The position numbers and the translations under genes were made by a program. From a virus, in IMG/VR virus record IMGVR_UViG_3300043570_004127, positions 1-64,000 of that record: 64,000 nucleotides of DNA. The stretch is one strand, 5' to 3'. This document shows, piece after piece, positions 18,529-27,661 of the stretch. The notes under the pieces were generated by a model. That model ran no database searches. It was not told where the DNA came from and saw only the letters and a program-made list of their open reading frames with translations. The stretch's first letter is position 1; each line of letters begins with the position of its first letter.

Positions 18529-20076
18529 TTAGCGCAAGACTAATTCGTGACCAGTTTGTTCTTTGTAACTGTCGCTTAGACAATTCGGAATAGTGCTAGA
18601 CACTTTCTCACGGGCTTTGAGTTTCTTTAGCAACGCAATAGCAGTAGGTGGGTCAGGCACAACATAAATACCGTGTTGCTTACACACCTTGATACAGTCC
18701 ATTACTAAGTCGGTGTCAAAGGCATCTCGTTTCCCAGTCACTCCACCATCAGAAACCCAAATAATAGGTGAGTTATTGCGTTGGCGTTGTTTGACTGCCC
18801 AACGCAAAGCAACACCATCTACTTCGTTGCTTCCGTGTGGGCGTGGCAACTTGCGACACATACGACCCTTGTTGGCGATTACCCACAAGTTCGGCTTCGG
18901 CTTGTAAGCACCACCCGAATACATAGCGACAAGTGCGCTCGGTGCGTTCAGTACGATTTCCGAAACTTCGGCTTCGGAGAGCGACATAGAACCACTTGTA
19001 TCTACAAGCACGACACCACCAGCACCTTTCACGCTTCGGTCAAAGATACGGCGTTCAGGGTCAGACAGTAAGCGACCAATACGGCGTGGATTTTTTCCTG
19101 TTTGACTTGCTATTTTCTTGCGACCAATAGCACCCATAACGGACTTGTCCAACATTGGCTTGGCAACACGGAGTTCTCCCCACATATCGCTTACGCCTCG
19201 CTTGGGGATATTGCCTTTGCCCCACTTGCTTTGCTCGCGCTTTTGTTCACCCATCTCACCGAGTTTGTCCATCAGTTCTTTGAGTTGTTGTTCGGTAAGA
19301 CCTTCTTTGCCCTCTTTGCCTTGTCCACCCTGCTCACCTTGTTTCGGCTTGCTTTCTTGCGTTGCGTCAATGATAGTTTCTACCCACTTAGCAAGGCTTT
19401 CGGTATATCCGAAACCACTTTCTTGCGCCTTGTTTCCTGTGGCGTGAAGTGGCAAGTGTTTGCGCCAACGATTTTCTGTGTCTTTACCGTTGGCGATAAC
19501 TTGCTCATAGAAGGCAGACGCTTCATCAGCAAACTTCGTTAGTGGTGCGACCCACTCAGGCTTATGGACAGCGATACCGTCTAGGTAATCTTGCCAGCCT
19601 GCTGTTATGCGTACTGCCATAGAATACATAACGGCATTACTGAAGTCTCCGTGTCGTGAGAAGTTCTCTCCATCAAAGCGTTCAGACCCACCTTTGAGAT
19701 ATTTCTCAGGCTCAAACCCTGCCTCTTTGAGAAGTGTGTTCACACGCAATTCCTCGCAAACAATAAGAGACTTATCTTTTGCGTAACCACGCTTGCGCCA
19801 TATCTTTTCCATCTGTGGAGTGGTTGGTGAAACTTTTGCGTGGAACATTTCGTGCGCTCGTATATGGCGAGAAAGTTCGTCATCATAGAGTGGTGCGAAC
19901 ATCTTGCGAGTATCCACCTGCGTTCGTGGAGAGCCTGCTACGGCTTCGCACCCGTGAATATCCCAACGCCCAAAGTCAATGTCGTTGCGAGTAAGAAACT
20001 CTACTTCGGGAACGACAAGAGTGGGGGTGGAAGCCCCCACTCCTTTCTCGCTCGTTACTTCATCTTGTCGTGACAT
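18529..20076 (-). CDS. HExxH metallopeptidase-like plus vWA (MIDAS) protein
   Basis: AHEMFH; VVLVDTSGSMS; IIWVSDG. Confidence 0.8.
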   Translation of the reverse strand: MSRQDEVTSEKGVGASTPTLVVPEVEFLTRNDIDFGRWDIHGCEAVAGSPRTQVDTRKMFAPLYDDELSRHIRAHEMFHAKVSPTTPQMEKIWRKRGYAKDKSLIVCEELRVNTLLKEAGFEPEKYLKGGSERFDGENFSRHGDFSNAVMYSMAVRITAGWQDYLDGIAVHKPEWVAPLTKFADEASAFYEQVIANGKDTENRWRKHLPLHATGNKAQESGFGYTESLAKWVETIIDATQESKPKQGEQGGQGKEGKEGLTEQQLKELMDKLGEMGEQKREQSKWGKGNIPKRGVSDMWGELRVAKPMLDKSVMGAIGRKKIASQTGKNPRRIGRLLSDPERRIFDRSVKGAGGVVLVDTSGSMSLSEAEVSEIVLNAPSALVAMYSGGAYKPKPNLWVIANKGRMCRKLPRPHGSNEVDGVALRWAVKQRQRNNSPIIWVSDGGVTGKRDAFDTDLVMDCIKVCKQHGIYVVPDPPTAIALLKKLKAREKVSSTIPNCLSDSYKEQTGHELVLR

Positions 20077-20877
20077 TTAGAACGCCTCTTGTTCTGCGAG
20101 TGCGTTAGCGAGTTCTGCCATTTTCCCGTCGTTGTCATCTATCGGCTTCACCTTGTCAATGGCGATAGCGTCAAGAATAGATTTTGCTCGCTTGCCGAAC
20201 ACCATTTCTGCCGAACGCTTTGCGCCAACACCCGAACGGAGTTTGTCAAACGCCATAAACGAACGGAGTGAGATACGGCGTTCGCCTGCGTCACACATTT
20301 GCTTTGCGTATTCACGCAAGTCAGGTGACAAGCGCAAGAGAGCGTCAGGGTGTGGCTCGTTGATACGAATACACACGGGGAAACGGTCTTTGAGTGCCAT
20401 TGGGAGTTCTTCCATATCCTCAATGTTCGTAGTCATTACGACTGTGAAACCATTGAGTGGCTTTATGATTTCTTTCGTGGCAGGGTGTTCCCATTGTGCG
20501 CTGTCAGGTGTGTCTGTGATAGCGAGAAGCGTTGCGAACACATCTCCACCAGCCTTGTCAATTTCGTCAATGACCAAACGACCACCAGTTTGTCCGTTGC
20601 CTTTCCACGCACGAATACCTGCGCCTTCCAACCACGACCACGAACCACTTGCCGACGGTTGCCAGCAACCTGTCACTTCTGCGTTGGTCATATCGTCGGT
20701 ACAGATAAGACGGTGTGCGCCACCCTCAATGTTTCCGTAGTTCAGACCTGCGTAGGTCTTTCCAATGCCAGCCGTACCGAATAACACGATACGGTCAATG
20801 CCTGCGTCAAGTGCGTCTTTCACATCTTGCCAGCACTTAGGGAGTTCACCCTGTTTGAGTAATTTCTTAGTTGCCAT
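20077..20877 (-). CDS. MoxR/CbbQ-type AAA+ ATPase
   Basis: GTAGIGKT, LVIDEIDK, VMTTN, ALKDRF, ISLR. Confidence 0.88.
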   Translation of the reverse strand: MATKKLLKQGELPKCWQDVKDALDAGIDRIVLFGTAGIGKTYAGLNYGNIEGGAHRLICTDDMTNAEVTGCWQPSASGSWSWLEGAGIRAWKGNGQTGGRLVIDEIDKAGGDVFATLLAITDTPDSAQWEHPATKEIIKPLNGFTVVMTTNIEDMEELPMALKDRFPVCIRINEPHPDALLRLSPDLREYAKQMCDAGERRISLRSFMAFDKLRSGVGAKRSAEMVFGKRAKSILDAIAIDKVKPIDDNDGKMAELANALAEQEAF

Positions 20878-20981
20878 TTTGCTTCCTTTGTTAGTTAGTA
20901 GGTACTTTGATAGTAGCGACTGTCAATGACAGACGCAAGTGGGGTGGCAGTTCCCGACGAACCACCACCCCACATCTGTTG

Positions 20982-21392
20982 CTATGACGCTTTGCTTGCC
21001 TGCGTCAGCGACTTTGCTTTTGCTTTTGCCTCAACCGAGACAGGATAGACACGCACTTGTGAGTACGGTGTAAGTGAAGTAACAATGTCAGCCGTTGCTT
21101 GGTCAATGACCCCAACTTTGACTGCGCTTTCCATCAGGTCATTGTCCACGACCAACTTGGTTACTTTTTTCAGAACCTTTGGCGAAACCATCTGCGCCAA
21201 CTTGTCTGCGTCGTAGGAAGTGCGAGTTGCCTCAATGATATTGACCGAGACACCATCTACGGTGAGTTCGTTCAGACCGAGTTTCGCAAACTCTTTACGG
21301 AGTTCGGCTTCCTTTTGCTTCTTTGCTTTTGTGGCTTCTGCTTCTGCTTCTTTCAGAGCGAGAAACTCACGGATAATGTTTTCAGTTGTCAT
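20982..21392 (-). CDS. Hypothetical coiled-coil protein
   Basis: Start MTTENII after SD AAGGA and the promoter at 21431-21485. Confidence 0.6.
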   Translation of the reverse strand: MTTENIIREFLALKEAEAEATKAKKQKEAELRKEFAKLGLNELTVDGVSVNIIEATRTSYDADKLAQMVSPKVLKKVTKLVVDNDLMESAVKVGVIDQATADIVTSLTPYSQVRVYPVSVEAKAKAKSLTQASKAS

Positions 21393-21430
21393 CTTTCCTT
21401 CTTTCATTAGTGGGTGTGACTGACACTTAC

Positions 21431-21485
21431 AAGGTACAAGGGTCAGCGAAAGAAAGCAAGTATTTGTTTTGTGTCGTTTGTCACT
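21431..21485 (-). promoter_or_regulatory. CRP-like box plus sigmaA promoter
   Basis: AGTGA-N6-ACACA, 10 bp, then TTGCTT-N17-TACCTT. Confidence 0.7.
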
Positions 21486-21687
21486 CCCCGAAAGAACGAC
21501 GATACCTTTCTCGCTGTTGTCGGCAGAAGTCTTTGGCAGTTTGCTTCCGTCTGTCAATGAAGCGAGCAGAGCGAAAGCGACAGCCATCAGAGAAGGCTTG
21601 TCGGTCTGTGTCCGACCATACGGCTTTGATTTTGCGTTTGCTCACCCACCCAGTATGCCAGCCGAGAAGGGTAACGCAACCCCCAAC

Positions 21688-21717
21688 TCATACGCCACCG
21701 TCAAGATATAAGTCGTA
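21688..21717 (+). repeat. 30-bp directional repeat, copy 6 (degenerate right arm)
   Basis: TCATACGCCACCGTC-AAGATAT-AAGTCGTA. Confidence 0.85.
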
Positions 21718-21845
21718 GCCCCGTTTGCTCGGCGACCCCGACGGGGCTTCCAACCTCGCAACCCAGATGGCGTTCCGTCTGGCTGTCTGGAACGGCTCGG
21801 AACGCTGGAACGGGTCGGACTGGTGGTGCTGGTGGTGCTGGAACT

Positions 21846-21900
21846 TGTGACAAACAACACAGGCAGGAAACTTGACATTATGCCTTACACCTTGTACCTT
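21846..21900 (+). promoter_or_regulatory. CRP-like box plus sigmaA promoter
   Basis: TGTGA-N6-ACACA, 10 bp, then TTGACA-N17-TACCTT. Confidence 0.75.
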
Positions 21901-21933
21901 ATTCGTACCTACTAGACCCGAAAGGGGTAAATA

Positions 21934-22401
21934 ATGAGTAATCAAACCATTGTGGAGTTGGCAGAAGCCACCTATCACGAACTCGGCAAGCAGAAAGACG
22001 GTGATGAAGCCTTCGCTATGAAGCGAGCGCAAATGTTCGCCGTAGAAGTTGGTGGAACTGTTCGCACCATTGGCACTTGTGGAGATGTGTACGAACTGTT
22101 GGAAGAAATGGAAGCCAAAGAACTGTTGGCAACTGATGTTGCCGTAGGGGTTGAGACTTGTGGTTGGGCTTCACCTATCTCGCAAGGGGAAGATGAAGAT
22201 GACCAAGTTCCACCCTCACAGCACCCTGACCGTCGTCGTGTTCGCCTTGTCACTATGGTCACTCGCAAGTTTGAGGTGGCAAGTGCTATGGGCTTCGCTG
22301 ACACGCCTGATGAAGTCATTACTGACGCAGGTACGGCTCGTGGTTCGCTCGCTGACGCATTACTCAACACAGTCAAGTCAATGGTCAAAGCAAGCAAGTA
22401 A
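21934..22401 (+). CDS. Hypothetical protein
   Basis: 155-aa ORF with its own promoter and terminator. Confidence 0.7.
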   Translation: MSNQTIVELAEATYHELGKQKDGDEAFAMKRAQMFAVEVGGTVRTIGTCGDVYELLEEMEAKELLATDVAVGVETCGWASPISQGEDEDDQVPPSQHPDRRRVRLVTMVTRKFEVASAMGFADTPDEVITDAGTARGSLADALLNTVKSMVKASK

Positions 22402-22423
22402 CTAGACCCACCTAGTTCGGACT

Positions 22424-22452
22424 AGCCCCTCTGCGAAAGCAGGGGGGCTTTT
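22424..22452 (+). terminator. Intrinsic terminator
   Basis: AGCCCCTCTGC-GAAA-GCAGGGGGGCT-TTT. Confidence 0.8.
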
Positions 22453-22521
22453 CTATGCCCGTGATGAAGTCGGTCTGCGCCTACGCCTCTGAACGAAGTC
22501 GGTCTGCGCCCACCCTCAGGG

Positions 22522-22551
22522 TCATACGCCACCGTCAATAAAGTAGTGCTT
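22522..22551 (+). repeat. 30-bp directional repeat, copy 7
   Basis: TCATACGCCACCGTC-AATAAAG-TAGTGCTT. Confidence 0.95.
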
Positions 22552-22674
22552 CGCCCCCTAGCCCCAGCAGCCCCGGTATTTCATTACGACATCTGGGTCT
22601 GATGGCCTTCAGATGTTTGACCCGTCCTGTTCGCAGTTAGTACCTGACCAGCCGTGAAAGTCTGTAGATACAGA

Positions 22675-22707
22675 AAAGCCCCCACCCGACTAGCGAGTGG
22701 GGGCTTT
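22675..22707 (-). terminator. Intrinsic terminator
   Basis: AAAGCCCCCAC...GTGGGGGCTTT, after the minus-strand operon. Confidence 0.75.
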
Positions 22708-22736
22708 CTAGCAACTAGAAAGTGAAATCTAGTCTC

Positions 22737-23177
22737 CTACTGAAGCAATCCAGCGTATTCGTAAGGCTCAACAGAAAGTGGTTGCCAAGTCTGCAACTCA
22801 TTATCGTATTCGCACACGATAATTGCTTTGTCACCCAAGATGTAAAGGTAATCTGACCCAGCAAAATCTTTATCTGTGTGACGGAATAGCCAATCGTCTG
22901 CCTCTGACAGCGAAATATCGGTGTGAGCGATACCGTAGCCATCTACGAAAGCGAAACGAGATTTGTCATCGTGGTCACTAAGACCCTTGGTAGCCGTGTT
23001 CAGTGACGACCAAGAGAAGTGTTCACGGATGATGGTGTCACGAACTCCCTCAACGCCGTATTTGGCTACGAGGAGTTGCAACTGCGTGACACGGGTTTGT
23101 GGATTACCGTCCCAATGGATGTAACGACCATTCCAACCGTCCCCATAGGGTTCGGCAACAATAGAGCGTGTGGACAT
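22737..23177 (-). CDS. Conserved phage hypothetical protein
   Basis: MSTRS...YIHWDGNP...YLYI motif typical of phage early genes. Confidence 0.7.
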   Translation of the reverse strand: MSTRSIVAEPYGDGWNGRYIHWDGNPQTRVTQLQLLVAKYGVEGVRDTIIREHFSWSSLNTATKGLSDHDDKSRFAFVDGYGIAHTDISLSEADDWLFRHTDKDFAGSDYLYILGDKAIIVCEYDNELQTWQPLSVEPYEYAGLLQ

Positions 23178-23557
23178 TACTTGCCTACCTTTCGTTTTTT
23201 AGAGAAATCTTGGTTTGCCACTTTTTCCATTTCGGTAAGGTAGGTGTATGAAGCCCATTCCCCGATAGTCAGGGAGAGACCACAGATACCCAGCACATCA
23301 AGAAAGTCAAGTGGGCTAATAAAAGACAAACCATTATCAAACAGTTCGCTATCCAAAGTGTCCACAAGTGCCTTGACAACATTTGTCGCCATTTCTAACT
23401 GTGCTTTTTCCATAATCTTTTGGATGTTTGCTTCTTGTTCGGGGGTGATAATAGTCCCCGATACGGGTGAACGCTTTTCCATTTCAATTCCCAACTTTCT
23501 GTTCGGTGATGATTTCATATTGGTCAATTCCGTCAATGAGGGATAGTGACGAACCAC
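23177..23557 (-). CDS. Hypothetical protein (start probably near 23482)
   Basis: ORF within the operon. Confidence 0.5.
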   Translation of the reverse strand: MVRHYPSLTELTNMKSSPNRKLGIEMEKRSPVSGTIITPEQEANIQKIMEKAQLEMATNVVKALVDTLDSELFDNGLSFISPLDFLDVLGICGLSLTIGEWASYTYLTEMEKVANQDFSKKRKVGK

Positions 23558-23681
23558 AGTCCCACTTGATTTCGTTGATTACAGCACCCCAAGGGTCTGT
23601 GTGTGTTGATAAGAGAGTACCCAAGTCACCAGTTTTGAGTTTGGTGTATTGGTCGTCTGTGTGTACGAGGCGAACTCGCAT
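23484..23681 (-). CDS. DUF4314-like protein
   Basis: RVRLVHTDDQY...GDLGT...IKWDCGSSLSLI.GID.Y. Confidence 0.7.
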   Translation of the reverse strand: MRVRLVHTDDQYTKLKTGDLGTLLSTHTDPWGAVINEIKWDCGSSLSLIDGIDQYEIITEQKVGN

Positions 23682-23894
23682 TTACAGCCCCTCAAATATG
23701 TCGGCAGGCTTGACGGCAAGTGCTGTGGTTAGACGCAAGAGCGTGTCAATGTTCGGCATAAAGTGGAAGTTCTCAATACGGTTCACCGTTTTACGGTCAA
23801 TACCAGCATTGTCGGCAACTTCCTGTTGTGACAATCCAGCGTCTAAGCGATATTGCTTTAGGCGTTTGGCTACTTTTTTTGTTTTGGTTTCCAC
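23682..23894 (-). CDS. XRE-family HTH regulator
   Basis: LKQYR...GLSQQEVA..AGIDRKTVNRIEN...PNIDTL; GTG start after AAAGGA. Confidence 0.88.
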   Translation of the reverse strand: METKTKKVAKRLKQYRLDAGLSQQEVADNAGIDRKTVNRIENFHFMPNIDTLLRLTTALAVKPADIFEGL

Positions 23895-23958
23895 AGTTTG
23901 TTCCTTTCGTGGAGTTTGGTTTATAGAGATAGTACCTTCATTGGAATAATAGAGCAAC

Positions 23959-24492
23959 TTAGTAGATGTGAAACCCGCCACAGTAACGCAGGAAAGTAGC
24001 GAACTCTTTTACAAAGTCAGCCTCAAAGTCGTATTCAGCCAGCCAAGGGCGTTTCATTCCTTTGCCTTGACAGCCGTTGCATCGTGAAACTTTGGACTTT
24101 GTAAAGATTTTGAGTTCATCGTCTGTTAGTGGCGTGTCTCCAAAGTCGTGATTTTTTTTGCCTGTCTCGTCAGAGTGCCAAGTGCGCTTACCAGTTCCAT
24201 TACAGTAGTCACATTCCAATTCAGGCAACGCTTTGATTTCAGCGTTTCGCTCATCCTCGTACTTTTTGGTATTGCCTGCCTTGTATTCGGCAAGCAAGAG
24301 GGTCGCAAGAGCCTTGCTGTCATCCCCATCAAGCCCATCGCCATCGTTTGAGTAGGCGTTCTCAACATCATCACAGATTTCAGGTGCTACTGAACGGCAG
24401 TAATCCCATAGAGGCGACCACCACCACACATTTGCTCGGAAATACTCTCCACACTTCTTGCTAGGGGAAACCCCAACTACATCCATTCCCAT
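23959..24492 (-). CDS. Hypothetical protein with DnaJ-type zinc finger
   Basis: YFRANVWWW.PLW; CDYCNGTG...CNGCQGKG. Confidence 0.7.
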   Translation of the reverse strand: MGMDVVGVSPSKKCGEYFRANVWWWSPLWDYCRSVAPEICDDVENAYSNDGDGLDGDDSKALATLLLAEYKAGNTKKYEDERNAEIKALPELECDYCNGTGKRTWHSDETGKKNHDFGDTPLTDDELKIFTKSKVSRCNGCQGKGMKRPWLAEYDFEADFVKEFATFLRYCGGFHIY

Positions 24493-24584
24493 AAATACTC
24501 CTTAGTTAGTAGGTAAAGAGACAGTACCACCACTCGGACTAAAAAGCAAGTCATCAAACAAGAAGGGACGGACATCAACGCTTG

Positions 24585-24614
24585 TCATACGCCACCGTCG
24601 GACAAATAGTGCTT
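24585..24614 (+). repeat. 30-bp directional repeat, copy 8
   Basis: TCATACGCCACCGTC-GGACAAA-TAGTGCTT. Confidence 0.95.
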
Positions 24615-24713
24615 CAGTCCCGTCCGGAGAAGACGCGACGCGGGACTATCGTCCCCGACGGCTGGTTCGCAGTTCTCTCCACCCCCCTGTTGTTTCGTCT
24701 GAGCCTCGCTGGG

Positions 24714-24768
24714 TGTGACCCGAAACACAATAAATAAACTTGACATAGGTGGTACAGACCTTTATTAT
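24714..24768 (+). promoter_or_regulatory. CRP-like box plus sigmaA promoter
   Basis: TGTGA-N6-ACACA, 10 bp, then TTGACA-N17-TATTAT. Confidence 0.78.
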
Positions 24769-24795
24769 GTATATACCTACTAGGAAAGGAAGCAA

Positions 24796-25383
24796 ATGGC
24801 TATTACGCAAGAAGTAGCACACAAAGTAATTGCTAATTCATTGGAATTGGCGCGTGGTATCAAAGAGCAAGTAATGGAAGAAGCCGACAACCCGATTACA
24901 GGTATTCACCCAATGTTGGTAATCGGATATGGCGAAACCATTGAGGACGGTGGTGGCATTGTTGAGTTGGAAATGAGCAACGGTTCTAATCCAGCAGAAG
25001 TGTTGCCAGCAGTCCTTAGCGACCTACAGAAAGACGGACACTTGGAGAAGTGGGCGTGGATAGGTCTTATCGTAGAAGCCTTCATTGACAAGCGAATTGG
25101 TGTAGATGAAAACTACGAGCGTGGTGACGCTGAAAAGGAATACAAAGAAAATCCTTTCTCCACAGTCAAAGAAACAATGGTCGTAAATATCTTTACTTAC
25201 GACTTTCAGCAGTTCGGTGCTTTCCAAACTTTCGCACTTGACGACTTTGGCAAACCCGTCTATCAAGAAGTTGAGTTCCAAGACGAAGGCGCAGGGAGTG
25301 AAGGTCTAATACCTTTCGTATTCCGTTCGTTCACAGAGTGGTGTCATATCCAAGAGATAAAGAAGCAGGCAGATAGCAACTAA
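24796..25383 (+). CDS. Acidic hypothetical protein
   Basis: 195-aa ORF with ACCTACTA leader and SD. Confidence 0.7.
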   Translation: MAITQEVAHKVIANSLELARGIKEQVMEEADNPITGIHPMLVIGYGETIEDGGGIVELEMSNGSNPAEVLPAVLSDLQKDGHLEKWAWIGLIVEAFIDKRIGVDENYERGDAEKEYKENPFSTVKETMVVNIFTYDFQQFGAFQTFALDDFGKPVYQEVEFQDEGAGSEGLIPFVFRSFTEWCHIQEIKKQADSN

Positions 25384-25661
25384 TGAGCCTGTCTCTTACC
25401 CTCGCTACGGCGAAAGCGACTGAACAGCCCCCTGTCAGTCGCTTTCGCTTGGGTTCACCCTGTCGCTTTATCCGTACCCTTGACCTTGTGGTTCATATCT
25501 TTATCCCGAAGGCTTTACGCCCATACGCCCCACGACTGGCGTTGTACCTACGAAGCACCTCACCTCGCTGGGGTCGTAGTTGGCGTAACTGGTAACTCTC
25601 TAACACTCGCAGTCCTAACGGGCGCACTTGCTTTCGGGCAGGTGCGCCTTTTTTGTTGGGG

Positions 25662-25691
25662 TCATACGCCACCGTCATCAAAGTAGTGCTG
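25662..25691 (+). repeat. 30-bp directional repeat, copy 9
   Basis: TCATACGCCACCGTC-ATCAAAG-TAGTGCTG. Confidence 0.95.
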
Positions 25692-25807
25692 AGATGGCTG
25701 ATAGCCCCGTCGGGTCATTTAGCCCCATCGGGGCTTCTGGGCAAACGCGTCCGACGTTCGCGAGAAAGGCGGCTTTGGCAGCGGCGGGATGGTGGGACTT
25801 CGCCGAG

Positions 25808-25861
25808 TGTGACGAACGACCCGTGAGAATACTTGACTTATTCCACTTATGCCCCTAATAT
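25808..25861 (+). promoter_or_regulatory. Partial CRP-like box plus sigmaA promoter
   Basis: TGTGA-CGAACG-ACCCG, 9 bp, then TTGACT-N17-TAATAT. Confidence 0.7.
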
Positions 25862-25888
25862 ATAGACACCTACTAGTAAAGGAGAGCA

Positions 25889-26290
25889 ATGACAACAGCA
25901 ACAGCATTACCTAAGGCGAAACGCCGAGAGCGTGACCGCAAGGTGACCTATATATGGCAGTCACCAAACTTGGATATCACACAAGACCATTCAGGCGACC
26001 TATGGGGCGAGCAGATAGAACTGGAGTTTGACCACAACCCGAAGCGCAAGCAGTACGAAGCAATCGTGCGCCGTGTGTTATGGCAACCAAGCGAGAACTT
26101 CACAGTTACTTCATTTACCTTGTTTGACCGTGAGAACTATCCGAGCGTGTGCTTTGCCACTAAGTCGGTAGGGCGTTACGGAGATAAGTCCTTTACCGAG
26201 TTTGAAGCGCAAGTGCTTGCCACGCTTGACGACTACCTAGCAACTACGCCTATCCTGCGTGACTTGCTAAGTCGCACACTCACTTACTAG
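25889..26290 (+). CDS. Hypothetical protein
   Basis: 133-aa ORF; SD AAGGAG. Confidence 0.7.
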   Translation: MTTATALPKAKRRERDRKVTYIWQSPNLDITQDHSGDLWGEQIELEFDHNPKRKQYEAIVRRVLWQPSENFTVTSFTLFDRENYPSVCFATKSVGRYGDKSFTEFEAQVLATLDDYLATTPILRDLLSRTLTY

Positions 26291-26313
26291 CCACAATTCC
26301 AGCAAGCCCCCTG

Positions 26314-26353
26314 AAGGGCGCACCTGCCAAGTCGGTAGGTGCGCCCTTTTTTT
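26314..26353 (+). terminator. Intrinsic terminator
   Basis: AAGGGCGCACCTGCC...GGTAGGTGCGCCCTTTTTTT. Confidence 0.85.
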
Positions 26354-26363
26354 ATTCCCTCGC

Positions 26364-26393
26364 TCATCCGCCACCGTCAAACAAATAGTGCTT
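26364..26393 (+). repeat. 30-bp directional repeat, copy 10
   Basis: TCATCCGCCACCGTC-AAACAAA-TAGTGCTT. Confidence 0.95.
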
Positions 26394-26493
26394 ACCCCCT
26401 GAGCCTCAACAGCCCCGCCATCTAACCGATTACTGGGACTGCGCTGGGGGCTGGCTGGCTGGCGAACTGCGCCAACCGTCACTCAAAATTGAC

Positions 26494-26522
26494 TTGACTT
26501 TATACCTCAAGTGCCCTATATT
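26494..26522 (+). promoter_or_regulatory. sigmaA promoter
   Basis: TTGACT-N17-TATATT, then ACCTACTG leader. Confidence 0.7.
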
Positions 26523-26656
26523 TATAGATACCTACTGAAAGGAATACGAATGGATACCGAATACATAAATTACTTGTTATCCGAACTTGACCAAATCCAA
26601 AAACAAATCACAGCACTCACGGTAGAGATTGCCAAGTGGAAGAAAGAGAGCAACTA

Positions 26657-27061
26657 ATGACCGTCACACAATGGAATGAACAAGCCGAGTGGCAAGGTTG
26701 GTCGGAGATTACGACCAATTGCGAGTGTGGCGAGTGGAATGACGATGAAACTGTGTTTACCCCAAGCCAAGATTGCTACGGCGATTGCTGGCAAGACAAC
26801 TTGGAGTGGTTCAAGGAAGCAACACGGGCACTTTTTGACAACAATGACAAATCGTTGTGGGAAGTAGACGGATTGCCGTTGTGGAATCGTAATGTCAATG
26901 GCACGCTTGAGGCTAATTCACCTGAAGAATTGTTGCGTGGAATTACCGTCAATGGTGACTACACATTCCGTTGGAAGGTAATCGCACTCACCTTGCGTTG
27001 CTGGTTGTCGCACCACGACAAGCCAACTGGCGGTCACTACTCAGTTACTATCGCAGAGTGA
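26657..27061 (+). CDS. Hypothetical protein (Trp/Cys-rich)
   Basis: ATG overlaps the stop of a 35-aa ORF at 26550; C-terminal SHHDKPTG. Confidence 0.65.
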   Translation: MTVTQWNEQAEWQGWSEITTNCECGEWNDDETVFTPSQDCYGDCWQDNLEWFKEATRALFDNNDKSLWEVDGLPLWNRNVNGTLEANSPEELLRGITVNGDYTFRWKVIALTLRCWLSHHDKPTGGHYSVTIAE

Positions 27062-27244
27062 TTGCGCTAGTCGTCATTGGCTTATTACTGATGATACTGA
27101 TTGACTGAACACACACACGCTAACTAAGGCGTTGTGTCTCTCTAGCGAGGGGCGCAACGCCTTTTGCGTATCTACGACACGGTATATCGCCGAACTGGCT
27201 CGCTACCCGAAGCGTTAGGTTGTCGGCAGGTCGTACCATCTCGC

Positions 27245-27274
27245 TCATACGCCACCGTCGGATAAGTAGTGCTT
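27245..27274 (+). repeat. 30-bp directional repeat, copy 11
   Basis: TCATACGCCACCGTC-GGATAAG-TAGTGCTT. Confidence 0.95.
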
Positions 27275-27575
27275 GATTGGTCGGCAGCCCCGCCCCAACC
27301 AATCAAGTCCATCCCTCTGCACGAGGGGGGAAGAAGACGAAGTTTTCGTGTTTTGAGGGGCTTATTTACTTAGTTTATTTTTTTAAGAATTACGGATGCC
27401 GTAAACAATGGGTTTTACGAAGGAATAAGCAACGGAACGCCTGGAAGGAAGAACTCAGATGGCGACTTGCGCGCCAGTCCCGTTTTTGATTTCTCCCCCG
27501 CGGGGCTACTGCTAACAACAACATCTTCCCCGGGCCGGCCGCAGCGGCGGCGGTGGCGGTGGCGGTGGCGTCAGG

Positions 27576-27629
27576 TGTGACGAGCGACCGACGGCAAGAC
27601 TTGACAATATGTCTATCAAGTGGTACATT
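27576..27629 (+). promoter_or_regulatory. Partial CRP-like box plus sigmaA promoter
   Basis: TGTGA-CGAGCG-ACCGA, 9 bp, then TTGACA-N17-TACATT. Confidence 0.7.
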
Positions 27630-27661
27630 TACAAGTAACGAACAAGCCTGAAGGGGGCAAG

